From the human T2T-CHM13v2.0 reference genome, Homo sapiens, in the NCBI RefSeq assembly GCF_009914755.1, contig NC_060930.1: a stretch of 64,000 nt of DNA; one strand, 5' to 3'. Made by a program: the position numbers and the translations under genes. Positions 1 to 14,100 of the stretch are shown one piece after another. The notes below the pieces were generated by a model. The model saw only the letters and a program-made list of their open reading frames with translations. It had not been told where the DNA came from and searched no databases. Each line of letters starts with the position of its first letter. Position 1 is the stretch's first letter.

Positions 1-547
1 GCCCTAAAGGAGTACAAGAATGCCCAAAGAACTTTTGTGTTATAAAGAGTGTATCATATCTGAGTGGGTGAGGGGCATATCCTACCGCACATCTCTCTTC
101 GAGGATAAAAGTACTTTATAGGAAAATGTCAACTAAAATAGGGACATTATATAATACAAGTCACTTATTTTACTGGGATAAATGTAGAAGATATTATGAA
201 ACATTTTAAAAATCCATTAGGTTTATTTAACCTATATATTAGGTTAATGTCATTAAGTAAGCTAATGCCATTTGGTATTATTTTCTATATGAGAACTAGT
301 TTAGCAAATAATGATAGTAAACTACTATTAAAATAAACAGGGAACATATAAATCACTGGAAATATAGAATTGCACAGTGAATTACTAATCTTTCATTTAT
401 TTTTCTCAGAATAAGCTTTTATTTTATCAAGCAACTCCACATATACAAGTGTTTTTTAGATGTGTTCTATCCCTCCACACCTATCCATTCACCCCTAATC
501 CCTCTCCTGGTCCAACTCTCTTTTAGAAAGAATGATTCCTGCCCTGC

Positions 548-853
548 TTTTTTGTTTGTTTTGTTTAGAAACAAGGTCTAACTGTCACCCTGGCTGGGGT
601 GCAGTGGTACCATTATCACTCACTGCTCACTGTGACCTCAACCTCCTGGGTTGGAGTAATCCTCCCAACTCAGCCTCCTGAGTAGCTAAGACTACAGACA
701 CACACCACTACACCTGAATAACTTTTCCAATTTTTGCAGAGCTGGGGTCTCACTACGTTGCTCAGGCTGGTCTCAAACGTCTGGCCTCAAGCAATCCTCC
801 TACCTTAGCCTCCCAAACTGCTGGGATTACAGGCATCAGCCGCTGTGCCTACC
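548..853 (-). mobile_element. Alu, AluJ-like
   Basis: Diverged antisense Alu dimer with T-rich tail. AAGAATGATT is repeated on both flanks (likely TSD). Confidence 0.9.
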
Positions 854-3510
854 AAGAATGATTTCTTTAAAAAGTAGACTAGGTTATACTAATGTAATAG
901 ATTTTTGAATCATTCAACTTAAAAATGATAAATGTATGATATGTAGTTAATATTGTATCAGATTGATATTATGCTTTATTCATAAAAGCATCACAGTGAT
1001 CTCTTCTCCAGATCTAGGTTTTCTCTGTAAGGTTGTAATTCAGTGTTAATGGGTTCAGGGTAAGTCTGAGGCTACCATCACCACAGGCCAGGGGTTAAAC
1101 TAGGTGCTAATTGGGTGACACATGAAACAAAATATTAAACACAGTATGTGTCCTTTCAAAGCCCCCTGATTTTCTAATACATTAGGAGCAAGAGATAACA
1201 TAATCATCAGCAGTAAATAACTTAAATGACTAAATAACATGAAAAAATTCAAAATCCATAAAAAATATAACCATTAAAAAACTTTCAAACTATTACATCC
1301 CAGAGTGCATTTTCCCTGGGTTTCTTTGTTCTTATGTCATTCATCGACGCTAAACAAAGTAAATTAAATAATAAACCTTCCATAACTCTTAACAAAATCA
1401 CAGAATATAAGAAAAATAATGTACATTTGTTTCAGCTGATGTATCACTTTGGCTTCCTGAGAAATGCTATCATTCGAGATTAATATTGTAACATATACCT
1501 ACAGATTCTATAACTTTAGCCAAAGTGTGTAACACGGGTAGAAAACAAAAAAAATAACATCTATAACTCATTAATTTGAACTAATTTCTAAATTGAGTTG
1601 TTTTACTACCAGATTAAAAAATAAAAACTTATATGTGCATGTGACCTTCTACTTTTCACATATTAAACTTACATTAATATCCTAATGAAGACATGCATCC
1701 ATAAAACTAAATTTGTGAGATATTTTGCAGGGGATGAGGTAATTTAAAGCTATTTAAATGTGAGAAAAATTGAAACAAAAAGATTTTCTGAAATCTTTCC
1801 TTTGGTATTCATGTATCATATTTGTATGGACATAGAGAAAAATATCAAATATATAGCTGTGTCAAAATTCTCCCATGAAAATATTATTTCTATAAAATAA
1901 CTAATGATAGACAATATCATCATGAATATTTCATAGATTAGTGGTTATCTTAGAGAAAATAGCTATGAATTACACAGAAAAACAAATCAAATGCAAAATT
2001 TTAAGGCATAATTGATTTGTATTATAACTGCCTGCCAGAAACCGATGCCAATTTAAACTTCCACTAGAAATTTATAAAAGACTGACCATATACTTCCCAA
2101 TGCTAGGTTAATTAGAAACACTCTGAAGTCACACTAAACTAACAAACCACAGAAAACTAAATCAGACACATTAGTTTCCTATTTCCTTCCGTATTTCCTT
2201 ATGTTCTCCCCCCTTTCATCAGTTCTTTCTATCCTTCTTTATTTACTGAAACAAGTACCATGTTAAATGCATTGTGAGAACAAAGATGACTAAATATGGG
2301 TAAAAAGAAGTATAATTTCAAATAAAACCTACAATGTTCTAATTGGAAATTGTGACATGATTCTAATTTTAAGCATCAAAATGATATTTCTCCATGTTTT
2401 TAAGGAAGGTAAGAGCAATTATCTTTGCAAGGTACACAAGAAACTAATAACAATAGTTGTACCTGGAAAAATATACTGTGGAACTGGGTCACAGGGATGA
2501 CATTTGTTCTAGATCTGTGTATGTTACCTATCCAAAAATGTCTTAAAACAAGTATTTTGAGTTTCTGAATGTGAATAATTTAATGAAGGACATAAAAAAT
2601 TGTAAAGGTAATATGTGTAGGTATAACTCAAATAGGAGAAAAATGTTTTGACATAATATGGAATTTATGTAATTTCCCACTTACAGAGACAATAGGGTAA
2701 TATTAGCTTAGGGATAATTATCATGTTTTGTTTCTTTCTGTTATTTTTTGTTTTGCAATCCAAACTAATATTTATAATATATAATTTGGAAGCAAACAAT
2801 ATAATTTTATAACAAAAGTTGCTTTCCCATATAATATAAATATAAACACACTTCAAGGCCTTCTTAATATAGAAAATGTTAGCAGGCTCTTAGATCTCTG
2901 TTTCTTAAGACATAAATAATGCTAACAAGGGTGAAATGCCTTTTGTTTCCTCAGAGAAGAAAAGGGAGAAATTGAAAAGACACATAAAGACAGTAAGAAA
3001 GCATGAGAATGTGACAATAGATAACAGTTATATTATCTTCACATGAATAAATTCTTCAACTCCAGAAGACAGTCTTGTTTATGTTTGCTAATTATTAGCA
3101 TTTTATCCTGTTATTTGCTATGAGGAAAATGGAATGTAGTTAAGGACTCCCATCCTCACAAAGTTGAAGACTACTCATACAGACTAGCCATATACAAGAA
3201 ATTCAATTAATTGCATTGAAATTAATTTAAATTCACTGAATTAAATGAATTCAGAGAAAGAAAATCTTTGCTTTGCCAGTGGATAGTTTATGAGTAATTC
3301 TTTAAGAAATTTCATAAATATTTATTGGAAGGCTAAGGTGGTGTAAGAAACTGCTAGGTATCATGGCGGGTAGGTAAAAAAAAAAAAAATCACAAGGCTT
3401 AGCTGTTTAAAAAAATAGAATCTTTAAGAGGAAAAGACAAGGAATAAAATAAGATAGCATGCAATGATTCCCCTAGGGAAAGGGCAAAGTTTAAGTACTC
3501 AAAAAGAGAA

Positions 3511-3700
3511 GCCAGGCATAGTGGCAGATGCCTGCAGTCCCAGCTACTTGGGAGGTGGAGGCAGAGAGGATCACTTGAGCCCAGGAGTGCTGGGCTGTAG
3601 TGTGCTATGATCTACTATGGTTGCACCTGTGAATAGCCACTGCACTCCCACCTGGGCAACATGGCAACACTCATCTCTTAAAAAAAAAAAAAAAAGAAAA
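3511..3700 (+). mobile_element. FAM-like (fossil Alu monomer) 7SL-derived SINE
   Basis: Monomer containing TGGGCTGTAGTGTGCTATG and GTGAATAGCCACTGCACTCC (7SL/FAM segments absent from dimeric Alu), with a poly(A) tail. Confidence 0.8.
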
Positions 3701-4574
3701 AGGAGAGATCACCTAACAGGGTATACGTGGTATTTAAATTGATATTTTAAGGAAAGGCAGAATTTCTACAACCGGGAGACCATAAGAAAATATATGGTAA
3801 CTACGTAGGAAAAAACAAGATAGATTAAGAACAAGGAGAATGGTACCGCCAGTAACCAACATCAGAATTTGAAAAAGAAGCTAGGGAAGCCTCTTCAAGA
3901 ATGCATATAATTAAAGTATAATAGAAAATTGTGAGATATATAATTGTTAATTTTTTTCTTTTTAGTTGAGGCCAAATGTTAAATAATGAGACATCGTAGA
4001 AATATCTATGGGCATGCTTAAGGCAGAGTGAGAGAACAGTATCAGGCAGAGGGAGCAGGGGCTTCAACTGTGATAAAAATGTGACTGAAAGTTAGAAAAG
4101 AAAATAAGGTGAAGATGAGGAAATTTACATGCAAGTTTAAAATACAGACAATTTTTCTAGGTAATTAGAAGCCTGAAGCTTTCTGAATAATGATACTATG
4201 TTGTGTTTTACAAAATACAATCTGATGGCCATCTAAAGAAAAAACTGGAATCAAAAAGAGAATGACAAAGCAAGTGAAATATTTAGGATGTTAGGAAAGG
4301 TAGAGACACATATTTCGAAATTATGATAAATGAAAGAAAATGTTCAGATTTGTATCACCTTTCAAGATGTTCTGAAAAAAGTTTATGTTCATAAAAGACT
4401 TTGCAATAGATAAAATGTTCCTCTATAAAGACATGATCCAGGGTATTGGTTAGGAATAAGGATTCGGAAGCCAGACTAGCTTGATTAAAAAGCAGTTCAC
4501 CACTCTGTGATCATAAGTACTTAACCCAAAGTAACTATGCTTCAGTTTCCTTACATTGTTTTTATTCATGAATT

Positions 4575-4691
4575 TATATATATACAAACTTATATAAGAT
4601 ATATAACCATATATATGTATACATGTATACATATAATCATATATATATATATACACACACATGTTTAGAGAGAGGGAGAGAGAGAGAGAGA
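4575..4691. repeat. TA-rich low complexity plus (GA)n
   Basis: Seen directly in the sequence. Confidence 0.85.
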
Positions 4692-5559
4692 CATATACTT
4701 CTCACGGTAAGAGTATTTTTTCTCTTTTAAACTGGGTAATAATAGTCTCATTCTATTAGACTAAATTAGTAACACCTCCCTTTAAGGTTAAATTACTTAA
4801 TACATGCAAGTACTTAAAATAGGATTTGGTATCTATTAACAACTAAAAACGAACAAAATCTATGAGCTGTATTTATTGAATGCCTTCTATTAATATCTTC
4901 TACCTTTTATATAATTTAAACTATATTTGCCACTTACTACTGCTATAGTACCTGAGCCCTGTGTTTATACATAAACAAACTTAATTTAAAAACCCATATT
5001 TTGGAGATACAATTCAAGTTGTCTTTATATAAGCTACCTGGTTACTTAGAACTTAAAATTATAGTGTACAAAAATAAAAGTTAATGTTCAAGATGTTTTG
5101 AATTATAGACAGAACAAAAGATCACCCACAATCCCACTACATGGATACATTCATTGTTAGACTACCATCTACTCTTTTTCCTATGTATATTTTGCATAAT
5201 TCTAAATGTCATTTTATACAAATTTTTGTTTTTCATTCAAAATTATTAATAGAAATTCAAAATTCCTTTATAATATCATTGATATTCTATAGACTAAGTT
5301 CAATCAAGGTGATACACCTTAACTTTGGACATTTAGGTTATTATCAATAATTAAAATTGCATACACTGCTGGTGGAAAAAAAGGGTTATGTAAAATATTT
5401 TTTAATTGAAATGCCTTCTTAGATAAATTAACAGGTGTGAAATTACTTGCTTAAAGGATATTTAACTATTTGTGGCCTGTGAGATACATGTTCATTTGTT
5501 CATCACCATGAGGTTTCTTTACTTAGCAAATTCCTTGTTTTATTATTAATGATAAGCAT

Positions 5560-5770
5560 TCATTGATTATTTGCTATGTCCCACATGCTATTTTTAGGAT
5601 TTGTACATACATTACTTCATTCAATTCTGACAAGAACCCTATGAGGGTTTCTATTAGCCCCATTTTATACTTAAGGAAATTAAGGTTTGGAGAGATTGTC
5701 CTACTTTATGCACCTAATAAGTTGTGAAACCAGCATTTTGAAACTGTGACTCCGGCATCTGAGCTACTAA
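5560..5770 (-). mobile_element. MIR
   Basis: MIR core-like AACCCTATGAGG...CCCATTTTATAC...GGAAATTAAGG. Confidence 0.65.
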
Positions 5771-5795
5771 CCCACTGGTGTTTCTTATATTTCTG

Positions 5796-5801
<6 letters not shown>

Positions 5802-5865
<64 letters not shown>
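5802..5865. repeat. (TG)22(TA)10 microsatellite
   Basis: Seen directly in the sequence. Confidence 0.97.
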
Positions 5866-6514
5866 AATGATTATAAATACTATATAAAGACTCATTTGTT
5901 ATGAAAATTTCATGGTACAAATTACATGCTACTTGTCTGCGAAAATAAAGGCAGTTTTCAAAAACTTTGATCAAGAAACAGAATTTAAATATTGCTGATG
6001 CTATAAAATTGAATGTATTGTTTCATTTGTTAAATTATACATATGTTCATAAATTATATATTATTAAAATAATGATAGACCTCTTAACATTAACAGAAAC
6101 TATTAAAAAGCTGCTATTAGGAAAAGTTCTCATAAAAATTATAAGTGTATGATTACTTGAATTCCCCTTTACATGAAATCATCTGAAAGAAAAATTTTAC
6201 ATATTTGCTTTCAGAAAATTTAAATTAAGCAATATAGTAATGCAAGTAAATCACATTTCTATATTCTGATATATGTGCATGTAAATCTTATGTCTTTGAA
6301 TTTTTTACTTCCAAATGAGAAGAATTTTTTACAAGTAGGATTATCATCCAAATAAAAAAAAACATTTTTCAAAGCAAAAAGAAGCAGTGTTAATTAAAAA
6401 AAACAATTATCCCAGGCATATCGGGCATATGGTCACCCTACATAGAATAAAGTTTCATTAGTTTTTTAGTAACTAAAATCTACTGGGTAAAGTCCAGAAC
6501 AAATTTTAGAGAAG

Positions 6515-6700
6515 TAGTGGAGTGAGGAAAAAAGACTTGAATTGGTAAACAGGATTTTTGAATTCTTATCCAATTTTGTTACTTATTAATATCTCTGAGC
6601 TTCAGTTTCTTCATATGTTGAAAGAGAAAAATAATAATATTTTCCACATCTTAGTGATGTGGTGAGGTTTAAATGAGAAAATGAATGTGACTGTTCAGTA
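6515..6700 (+). mobile_element. MIR
   Basis: TCTCTGAGCTTCAGTTTCTTCAT...GTGAGGTTTAAATGAGA. Confidence 0.65.
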
Positions 6701-8804
6701 TAAACTGCAAACTGTCTATGCAAATCCAAGTTATAATATCCAGATCCACACTTTGACAAGCACTATTCTACTTTCTAAATCGAATAAAATTGCATAAAAG
6801 TTACAAAAATTGAAATATACTTCAGTATATTTATTTTATTAGTCTTCCCGAAATATTTACATATGTAAAATATAACAGGATCTCTCAATTTTTAAAATAA
6901 CTATACTTTTTATCTAAGAAAATGTATTGGCTAGTTTGCATCAAAGTTGTTACATAACTTGTAAATTTTAAAAAATGACAATAAAAGTATACTAAATGAA
7001 ATTATAAATTCTTAAATCAATATAAAGAGATGTCCTCATAAAAATACTATGTTTAAGAATTGGACAGAAGTTCTCCACATATTAGACTTGAGAAGCATTT
7101 GGTTTTCAAAATTGAGCTATTTTTTCAGTCATGAAGAAAAGCTTTTACATCAACTCATCAAACCTACAATCAGTTTTTTATAGTTATTTATATTTCATAT
7201 TGTCTTCTAGCAAACATCACAATGGGCTGCTACTTCAAAATGTGCCCAGATAAACTTGCCTTTAAGTGGCTAACCACTCTCATTTGGCTAGGGACTCACT
7301 AGCATCCTCTCCCAAACACATTAGTTTTCCTCAATATAGGACTGGAATTTGTTTTCAAACTCTTAACAGGATCATTGAAAGGAAACAGGAAGAATACTAT
7401 AAAGGCAAGCCTGGAGTGATTCCAGAGGCAAGTACTCTTGCAGCAATGCATTGGAATTATGCCAAGGAGGGAAGTGTTTTTGCAAATGAACATAGTTCCA
7501 TGGTTAAGTAGAAGGTATTTAATTCTTTTGTCAACATCACCAAGGCTAAAAATTAAGAAAGTTATGTCATAAGCAATTTACTTGACTTATAACAACGCAC
7601 ACATATTCTTTCGATTAAACCATAAGGCAGCATCTTGCCTCCTTTAACCGTGTATTTTTATTTTTAATTAAATGTTACTATAATATTAATACCTAATTTC
7701 AAGTATTCAAAAGCAGAATTAATGAAGATGACAGTGGAGTAATTTTATTTTATTTTTAAATACCTTGGTATAGTTTGCAGGTAACAATAATTTTGGTAGT
7801 AAAATGTTTCAATTCTTGCAATTAAATTTGATGAATGTAAGTAATTTTACAGTACCATGTTTGATGAGATGATTTTTCTCATTTGAAATAAATTGAGGTT
7901 TATTTTTCATGATAAATATATCTATTTACTGTGGTTTAAGACTGCTTTTCTTACTAAATTCTATAATTAGAAGCATAAAACTCAAACAGCTCCTGTTCAC
8001 ATTTTCTTATGAATAAATGTGGAAATCACATTTTCTTAACAAATAAATGAGTTAAATTATACAAAGTGAAACAACTGCCACAAAAACCCGTAATCTTCTT
8101 TAAAACCTTTAAAACACAGGGCCTTTAATGTTATTTCCTATCTTTTCTCAGATAAATTTAATTGTGTACTTTTATATGTATTTCTACTTCGTTATTTTTC
8201 CCATTTTAATTGTGTAAAAGTTTTAAGTTCCTTTTTCATATCAATCAAGTTCTGCATAATATTGAAACTGCTCCTTTCATAGCTAAAGTGCAATAATGTT
8301 CCTAAAATTTTTTGTAACAGTTACTGCTGAATCCACCATCACTTTCAAGTAACTGTTAACCTCCTGTCAACAGGAACGCTGCCTTTCATTGAATTGATTA
8401 GTTCACTGAGAATATTTCTCTACTTACCCAGTGGAATAGCATTTTGCCTACAAGCAGGGATAAATCTTCATCAGTTTCTGATTTCCACATATATGGAAAC
8501 TGCAGGATTTTCTACTCAATTAGAAATACTGCCAGTGAGGGAAAGGGAAACAGGACAATAGGAGACAGGTTTGACTCCTTCAGGGACATAAAAGGAGACT
8601 GCTAAACTGGTCTATGGGACCTGAACCTATATCATCTCCATTTGTTTTGCTCAGAGTTCACTTCACAATGTCACCTCTGGTGAAGATGATAATTGAGTGC
8701 AGAGCCATAGGTACTTTACATGCTTAGCAGCCATCCACATGAAGTATTTAACTCTTTGAATAGGACAGAAAAAGGTATTTGCTCAGTTACTCCATTTGAA
8801 AAGT

Positions 8805-9118
8805 ATATCCAATACAAACACAATGTGAGCCACAAATGCAATTTTAAAATTTCTAGCCACACTAAAAAAGAGTAAAAGAAACAGCTGAAATTTTAACATT
8901 ATCCTCTATCTAGCCCAGTATACCTAAAATATGATTATTTCCACATGTAATCAACATTTAAAAATTGTTAAGGACATATGTTACTTTTTTTTCTTGCAGT
9001 ACAGCTTTGAAATCCAGTGTGTAACTTTTACTTACAGCACATCTCAATGTATAATAGTCATTTTTCAAAACCTAAAGAGCCACACGTGGCTGCTGGGTTC
9101 AGTACTATATAGCACAGG
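8805..9118. mobile_element. MER33-like hAT-Charlie MITE
   Basis: AATGTGAGCCACA...TAGCCAC...CTTACAGCACATCTCAAT...AGCCACACGTGGCT, matching MER3/MER33 motifs. Confidence 0.7.
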
Positions 9119-9289
9119 TCTAAACTTTTTAAAAATTATTTAATTTTAAAAATATTCTACTAGAATGAGAATTTTATGGGGAAGTAATCCAATTTATATA
9201 TGTATATGAGGCACCTAAACACTATGAGCCTTGAAACAGTATTTCCTAGGATTCTCCTTGCTTTGTGATTAAAACTAGGGCAATATCGT

Positions 9290-9500
9290 TGCCTAGGCTC
9301 TAAAGTCAGAATATCTCAAGTTTGAATTTAAGCTCAGACAAATATTACTAACGTAACTGCAAGCAAGCTATTTACTCTTGATATCCTCTATTTTTTTATT
9401 GTTTAAAACATAAATGATAATGATACCTACCTCATTAAATAAGCTTGTGTATGTAAAGGAAATGGAGGATGTCTGCACATACTAAGTTATCAAGAAAAAT
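9290..9500 (+). mobile_element. MIR (degenerate)
   Basis: GGCTCTAAAGTCAGA...GCAAGCTATTTA...ATAATGATACCTACCTCAT. Confidence 0.5.
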
Positions 9501-10502
9501 TAGTTATAATAGTTATTATTATCAGTAGTCTCCTTTAGCTCAACTAAGAATTCCAAGTATAAAACCTGTGCTTCTGGCTCTGGTGTAAAAATAAATATAG
9601 ATATATGTGTTATTTTTAATGTATTATGTTTTATATAAGTTAAAAAGAGACACTAGTAACATAACTTTATAATTTATTTTCATGAAACCTAGAAACAGAA
9701 TATCTATCAATCTTGAAGGTCCATATGACATAGTTTTAAATATTTAGCCACATAATGCTAGGAAAGAAAAAAAACGGTTTTATAAAACAAAGAAAAAAGT
9801 TTACTAATTCATACATGATTGTTTCAAAACATGCAATTGGTGTACTATAATAATTAAAACTTTACTTTGGCCCACTTTCACAAAAATGTGGTCATTTTGG
9901 TACTTAGTCCAAAAAAAAAAAAAAAAACACACACCTTTCTCAGAAGTAACCACAGAGATTTTGTAAGTGAAATTTGAAAATTTTGTATTAAAGTTATAGT
10001 ATTTATATAAGATAATTCTAAAAGTTTGTAAATGTATTCGTTTATGCCCTGCCTGTCACTAGAGCTCTTATTCACAGCCCTCTTAACCTCCTATTTACTG
10101 CTACTCAAGGGCCCAGACAATATGGGTTTAAAAACAGGAGGAATGGCATCTCATTAAATCCTGTTAAATGTCACCTCAGTCTTGCCAGGCTATATGTCCA
10201 ACTACCCAGACTCCTCTCTAAACTCCATAGCCCAACGTGCAACTATTGACTTCCATGTTAAGCATAGGACACATTAAATTTTAGTAACAAATTTCATTAT
10301 CACCTATATTGATTACATACACTTAGTGCAGATGCTACTGTAGGGCAATCACTAAGTTCAACGGTGACTTTGTTTAAGATCTACTGAATTGCGCTTCTGG
10401 TACAGAGCAGATTCACGTATTCAAATAACTATTAAAGTTTAAAATGTCTGATACTGAAATTTAAAAAGGCAAAGTAGAGTTTTAATAGGACACATTACTT
10501 AC

Positions 10503-11172
10503 GTTCACAAGTGTCTCCTTTTTGCTGGTAGCCTGCTTTGCAGATACATTTTCCAATGGGCACTAACCATTCTCCTTCTGCACTGCAGTGCATCCTGGGG
10601 GCGTTTTCCGCTTCTTCCTCTGCACTGCTGACACATGTCCCTCGAACCTCGACTAAAGAGGAAAATTCTGAACCAGTCACTGTATCTGGAAAGATAGCTA
10701 AGTTCTCAATAATGGACCAGCACTTCTTGTAGTACACTTTGACAGAAACCAAAGCTATGCAAGCCCCTACATCCTGAAAGGCAAGATAGAATCCCTTTTT
10801 GGACAAAGGTCCAATCTCTCTCACCTCAGTGTTAAGCTTCATCTTTCTTTCACCAAGGTCACCTTGGGTAAAACTTTCATCTGCAGCAATGGTGTCTATT
10901 TTTACATAGAGGTTTTCTCTTATATTCCTGCCAGTGTCATAGTCTGTTTCATAATAGTACAAATTAAATGTTTCCTTGCAAGTTCCCAGTACTCCAGGAA
11001 GACTGTTACAATCCCTCAGGGTGAATTTCAATTCTACAAAAATCCTTTGTGCATTGCCTTTGGAAATCCAGTTAGTCCGCAGCCAGTTGTTTTGGTTGGG
11101 CTCCATGACTTGGCACACCTGGTATGTTCGTATCGGGGTATAGTTCTCATCCAAACCACTAATTTCTTCCCA
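10503..11172 (-). CDS. EPHA7: EPHA7 exon 3 (670 nt), ephrin ligand-binding domain and start of Cys-rich region
   Basis: ORF 10495..11196 reads [20 protein letters not shown]...NNWLRT...CKETFNLYY...[11 protein letters not shown]...[12 protein letters not shown], classic Eph LBD motifs. Acceptor TTACAG|TGG, donor AAC|GTAAGT. Confidence 0.98.
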
Positions 11173-14100
11173 CTGTAAAATTTGAAAAAAGGTCATCAGT
11201 CATTCAGCAAAAAATAACATTTTGCTTTTGAAAGTGCAAGTACTTCACAAATACAGATCTTCGAAAAAGTTAGGTTGATTCCTATGCTGGCAAAACTATA
11301 AACCAGAGAATGTAAGATTCCAGGTTCTGCTTCATCCTGGTGGTGGAACATACTTATGCTGCTTGCTTTGTGTATACATACAATAAATATTTCATTTTGT
11401 TTAATATCTTTCTGTGAGTATATTAGTGTTTCTTTTTTACATGTTTGCTTATGTTTATGTTCTCCATTGAGATTATAATTTTTATAGACTAAAGCTCACA
11501 ATTATTTAAATTATCAGTGAAAGTATATACATATGGATGCCTGGCAGAATTTTTGATAACTCAGTTGACATTTTAAGTGGCCATATCATACTTACGATTA
11601 CAGAGTACTTAAAAACATGAAGAAGAAAATGCCCACGGTATTCTGAATAAACCATTCAACAACCTGTTGATATTTATAATTTGGAATATTTTACAATCGT
11701 TTCAAAATGAGATATAAGGAAGTAACATTTTACAGAGCTATTTATTTATTCCAGTGTTATATATAATATCACATACAAAGCCACATAACTATAAATAAGT
11801 AGTTATAAGAGTATGATTCATTTTTATAAATAAATTGCTTTCAATAGACAATCAAATGTACATGGCAAATCTGCATGCTGGATCATATTTAGTATAAACC
11901 TTCTGACAGGAAAAATATCAGATGTTTAAAAATGTCCATTTATATGTTGATATAATGTACATTACAAACAAATCTATATTAAATATTTTCTCAAAAAAGG
12001 AAAAAAAGTGCATTTGTCAGAATTTGCAACAATTTCAAACTATTAAACCATATATAATATTCTGTCGCTCATTAATCAATAAAATCATTTCACCTAGGAA
12101 TCTTAAAAGCCTAAATGAATGGTTTGTTTTCTTCGTACAATTATTAATAATTTTCCCACTTTGTATTTATGATGTCTTAATAATGAAATTGTCATGTTAA
12201 TATTAATTTCCCCAATAAAAAATTCAAATACAAAACATTTGTGTTCAAGTCCAAAGTTGCATAGCATGCAATATTTTAACTATTGTTTCAAGAAAAGATG
12301 AGAAAATAAAAATCATGTGGTAAATACTTTTATTTTAAATACTTGATTTGAGTATTGATTTATTTAAATGTTCTGTACAATATTAATGTATACTTTTAAA
12401 ACCAGTCCTTAGAAAATTAACAAGACTGACAAATTAGCAATATAATACAATTCAGAAATTTCTTTGATGATGTTACATATTTGGTGTGATTTTGTTATAC
12501 ACAGTCTAATACCATCAAAGGTACTCAAATGTAGTAAAGAACCCATTTTAATGTTCAGCTTTTACTCAGTTCAACTTGCATTTGTGACTAGTTAACAGTG
12601 TGCCTAGCTTCCCTTTGTTTCAGTTAGCTGCCTACAATCTGAATGGCAATCAGCCAAACATAACCAAATTCATCCATTTGGATGGCTAGATTTCAGTCTC
12701 TTAATTAGATTGAAATTGCTAAAAGAAGTAAAACTAGTAATGATATCTATCAAAAAATCAAAAGCTCCAAAGATAAATGTGCTCCTTTTTAACAACTCTG
12801 CAGTTTGAAGAAACCAAAGCTAATTATTTTAAAAGAATATAGCCTAAGAATTCCTTTATCTAACTTCGAGAACAAATTTATTCATTTATTCTGTATAAGA
12901 AAAATCAATTTTACTACCCTTGAAACCCAATTAATTTTTATTTTTATTTAAAATTTTATTCCAGAGGGGAATGCTTCAGGAAAACTATGATGTAGACTAC
13001 AAACATTGAGACTACATAAATTCATTTAACACAACTGTTGTTTTATTATCTCACTTTCTAAGACATTATGAACATTTCCACAAATGACGCCATTGGGAAA
13101 AATGTCTTCATTCAGACACTGCATTTTTATAGTACGTTTATAGAAATATTTTCTCAAAACTTATATCTCAAGAACATTTTTTTTAGTTAGGTATTTAGTC
13201 ACATGCAAACTAACCTATTGCACAGATATAGAAAATATTGTCCATCATTGTTTTCTAATATTATGTGTTGATGTTTACAGACATGTAGGGTTAACTGTTA
13301 AGATACTTTGGACTGATAAAATGCCCATTTGAGTCCAAGATAACATTGACAGTCATAATTTGTCATTTTGTGTATTACATGGATGAAATACTACAATCAT
13401 ATATCAGTTTACTTCTCCTCAGAGATAAAACCATCCTCTATCTCTATTTGTTTTAATTGATGGATGGTAGAAAATGGGCTACATCTGTCATTGGCAAGAA
13501 AGGTGTTTCATTTTTTATCATGAATGGCTGTCTATAATGTATATTATTTTACTTACAGAAACCACTTATCTCAAGAAAGGTGTTATATTCATACCTCCAA
13601 CTCATGGAATTTTTATATTTAATCTGTAAAATGGTTGCCATTGATTTATAATTTATCATAACCAATACAGATAACCACAATATGAATGAAAGGAATCTTA
13701 AAAATTAAATTTAATGAAAACTCTAAATATCTTAAACAGATTTGTTTTGTTCATATTTTACATTCTTAAACTTTCAGTTCCTGACATGCTGATTTTATGA
13801 TCTCAACAATCTCTTTCAAACTTTCATTCTTCTCTTTGCAAAATATGCTACAGTTTTTGTATCATAACTTACACTCCACACGGTTTTTAATAAGCCAAAG
13901 ATAAACACAAATAGCAATAGGGTATCTTCTCCTTTCTCAAAGCCCTCTTACTTGATAAGGAATAAAGAATGTGCCCTCTCTCACAATTAAAAATAAGATC
14001 TGAAGACACGGATACTGAGCTACATTTACATATGAAAAATAATGGTTAGTATTTTTAAAGATTTACTAATATTTTGGTAGGTTATTACTGGACAATTTTC

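Noticed and set aside
4612-4635. Perfect 24-bp palindrome (a similar one lies at 37508-37531)
   Set aside because: Embedded in TA-rich microsatellite, where palindromes arise trivially.
10538-11178. Plus-strand ORFs antisense to exon 3
   Set aside because: Shadow ORFs of the real coding exon.
11173-11196. N-terminal MTFFQILQ of the 233-aa ORF
   Set aside because: This is the intron-2 branch/polypyrimidine/acceptor region, not a real start.
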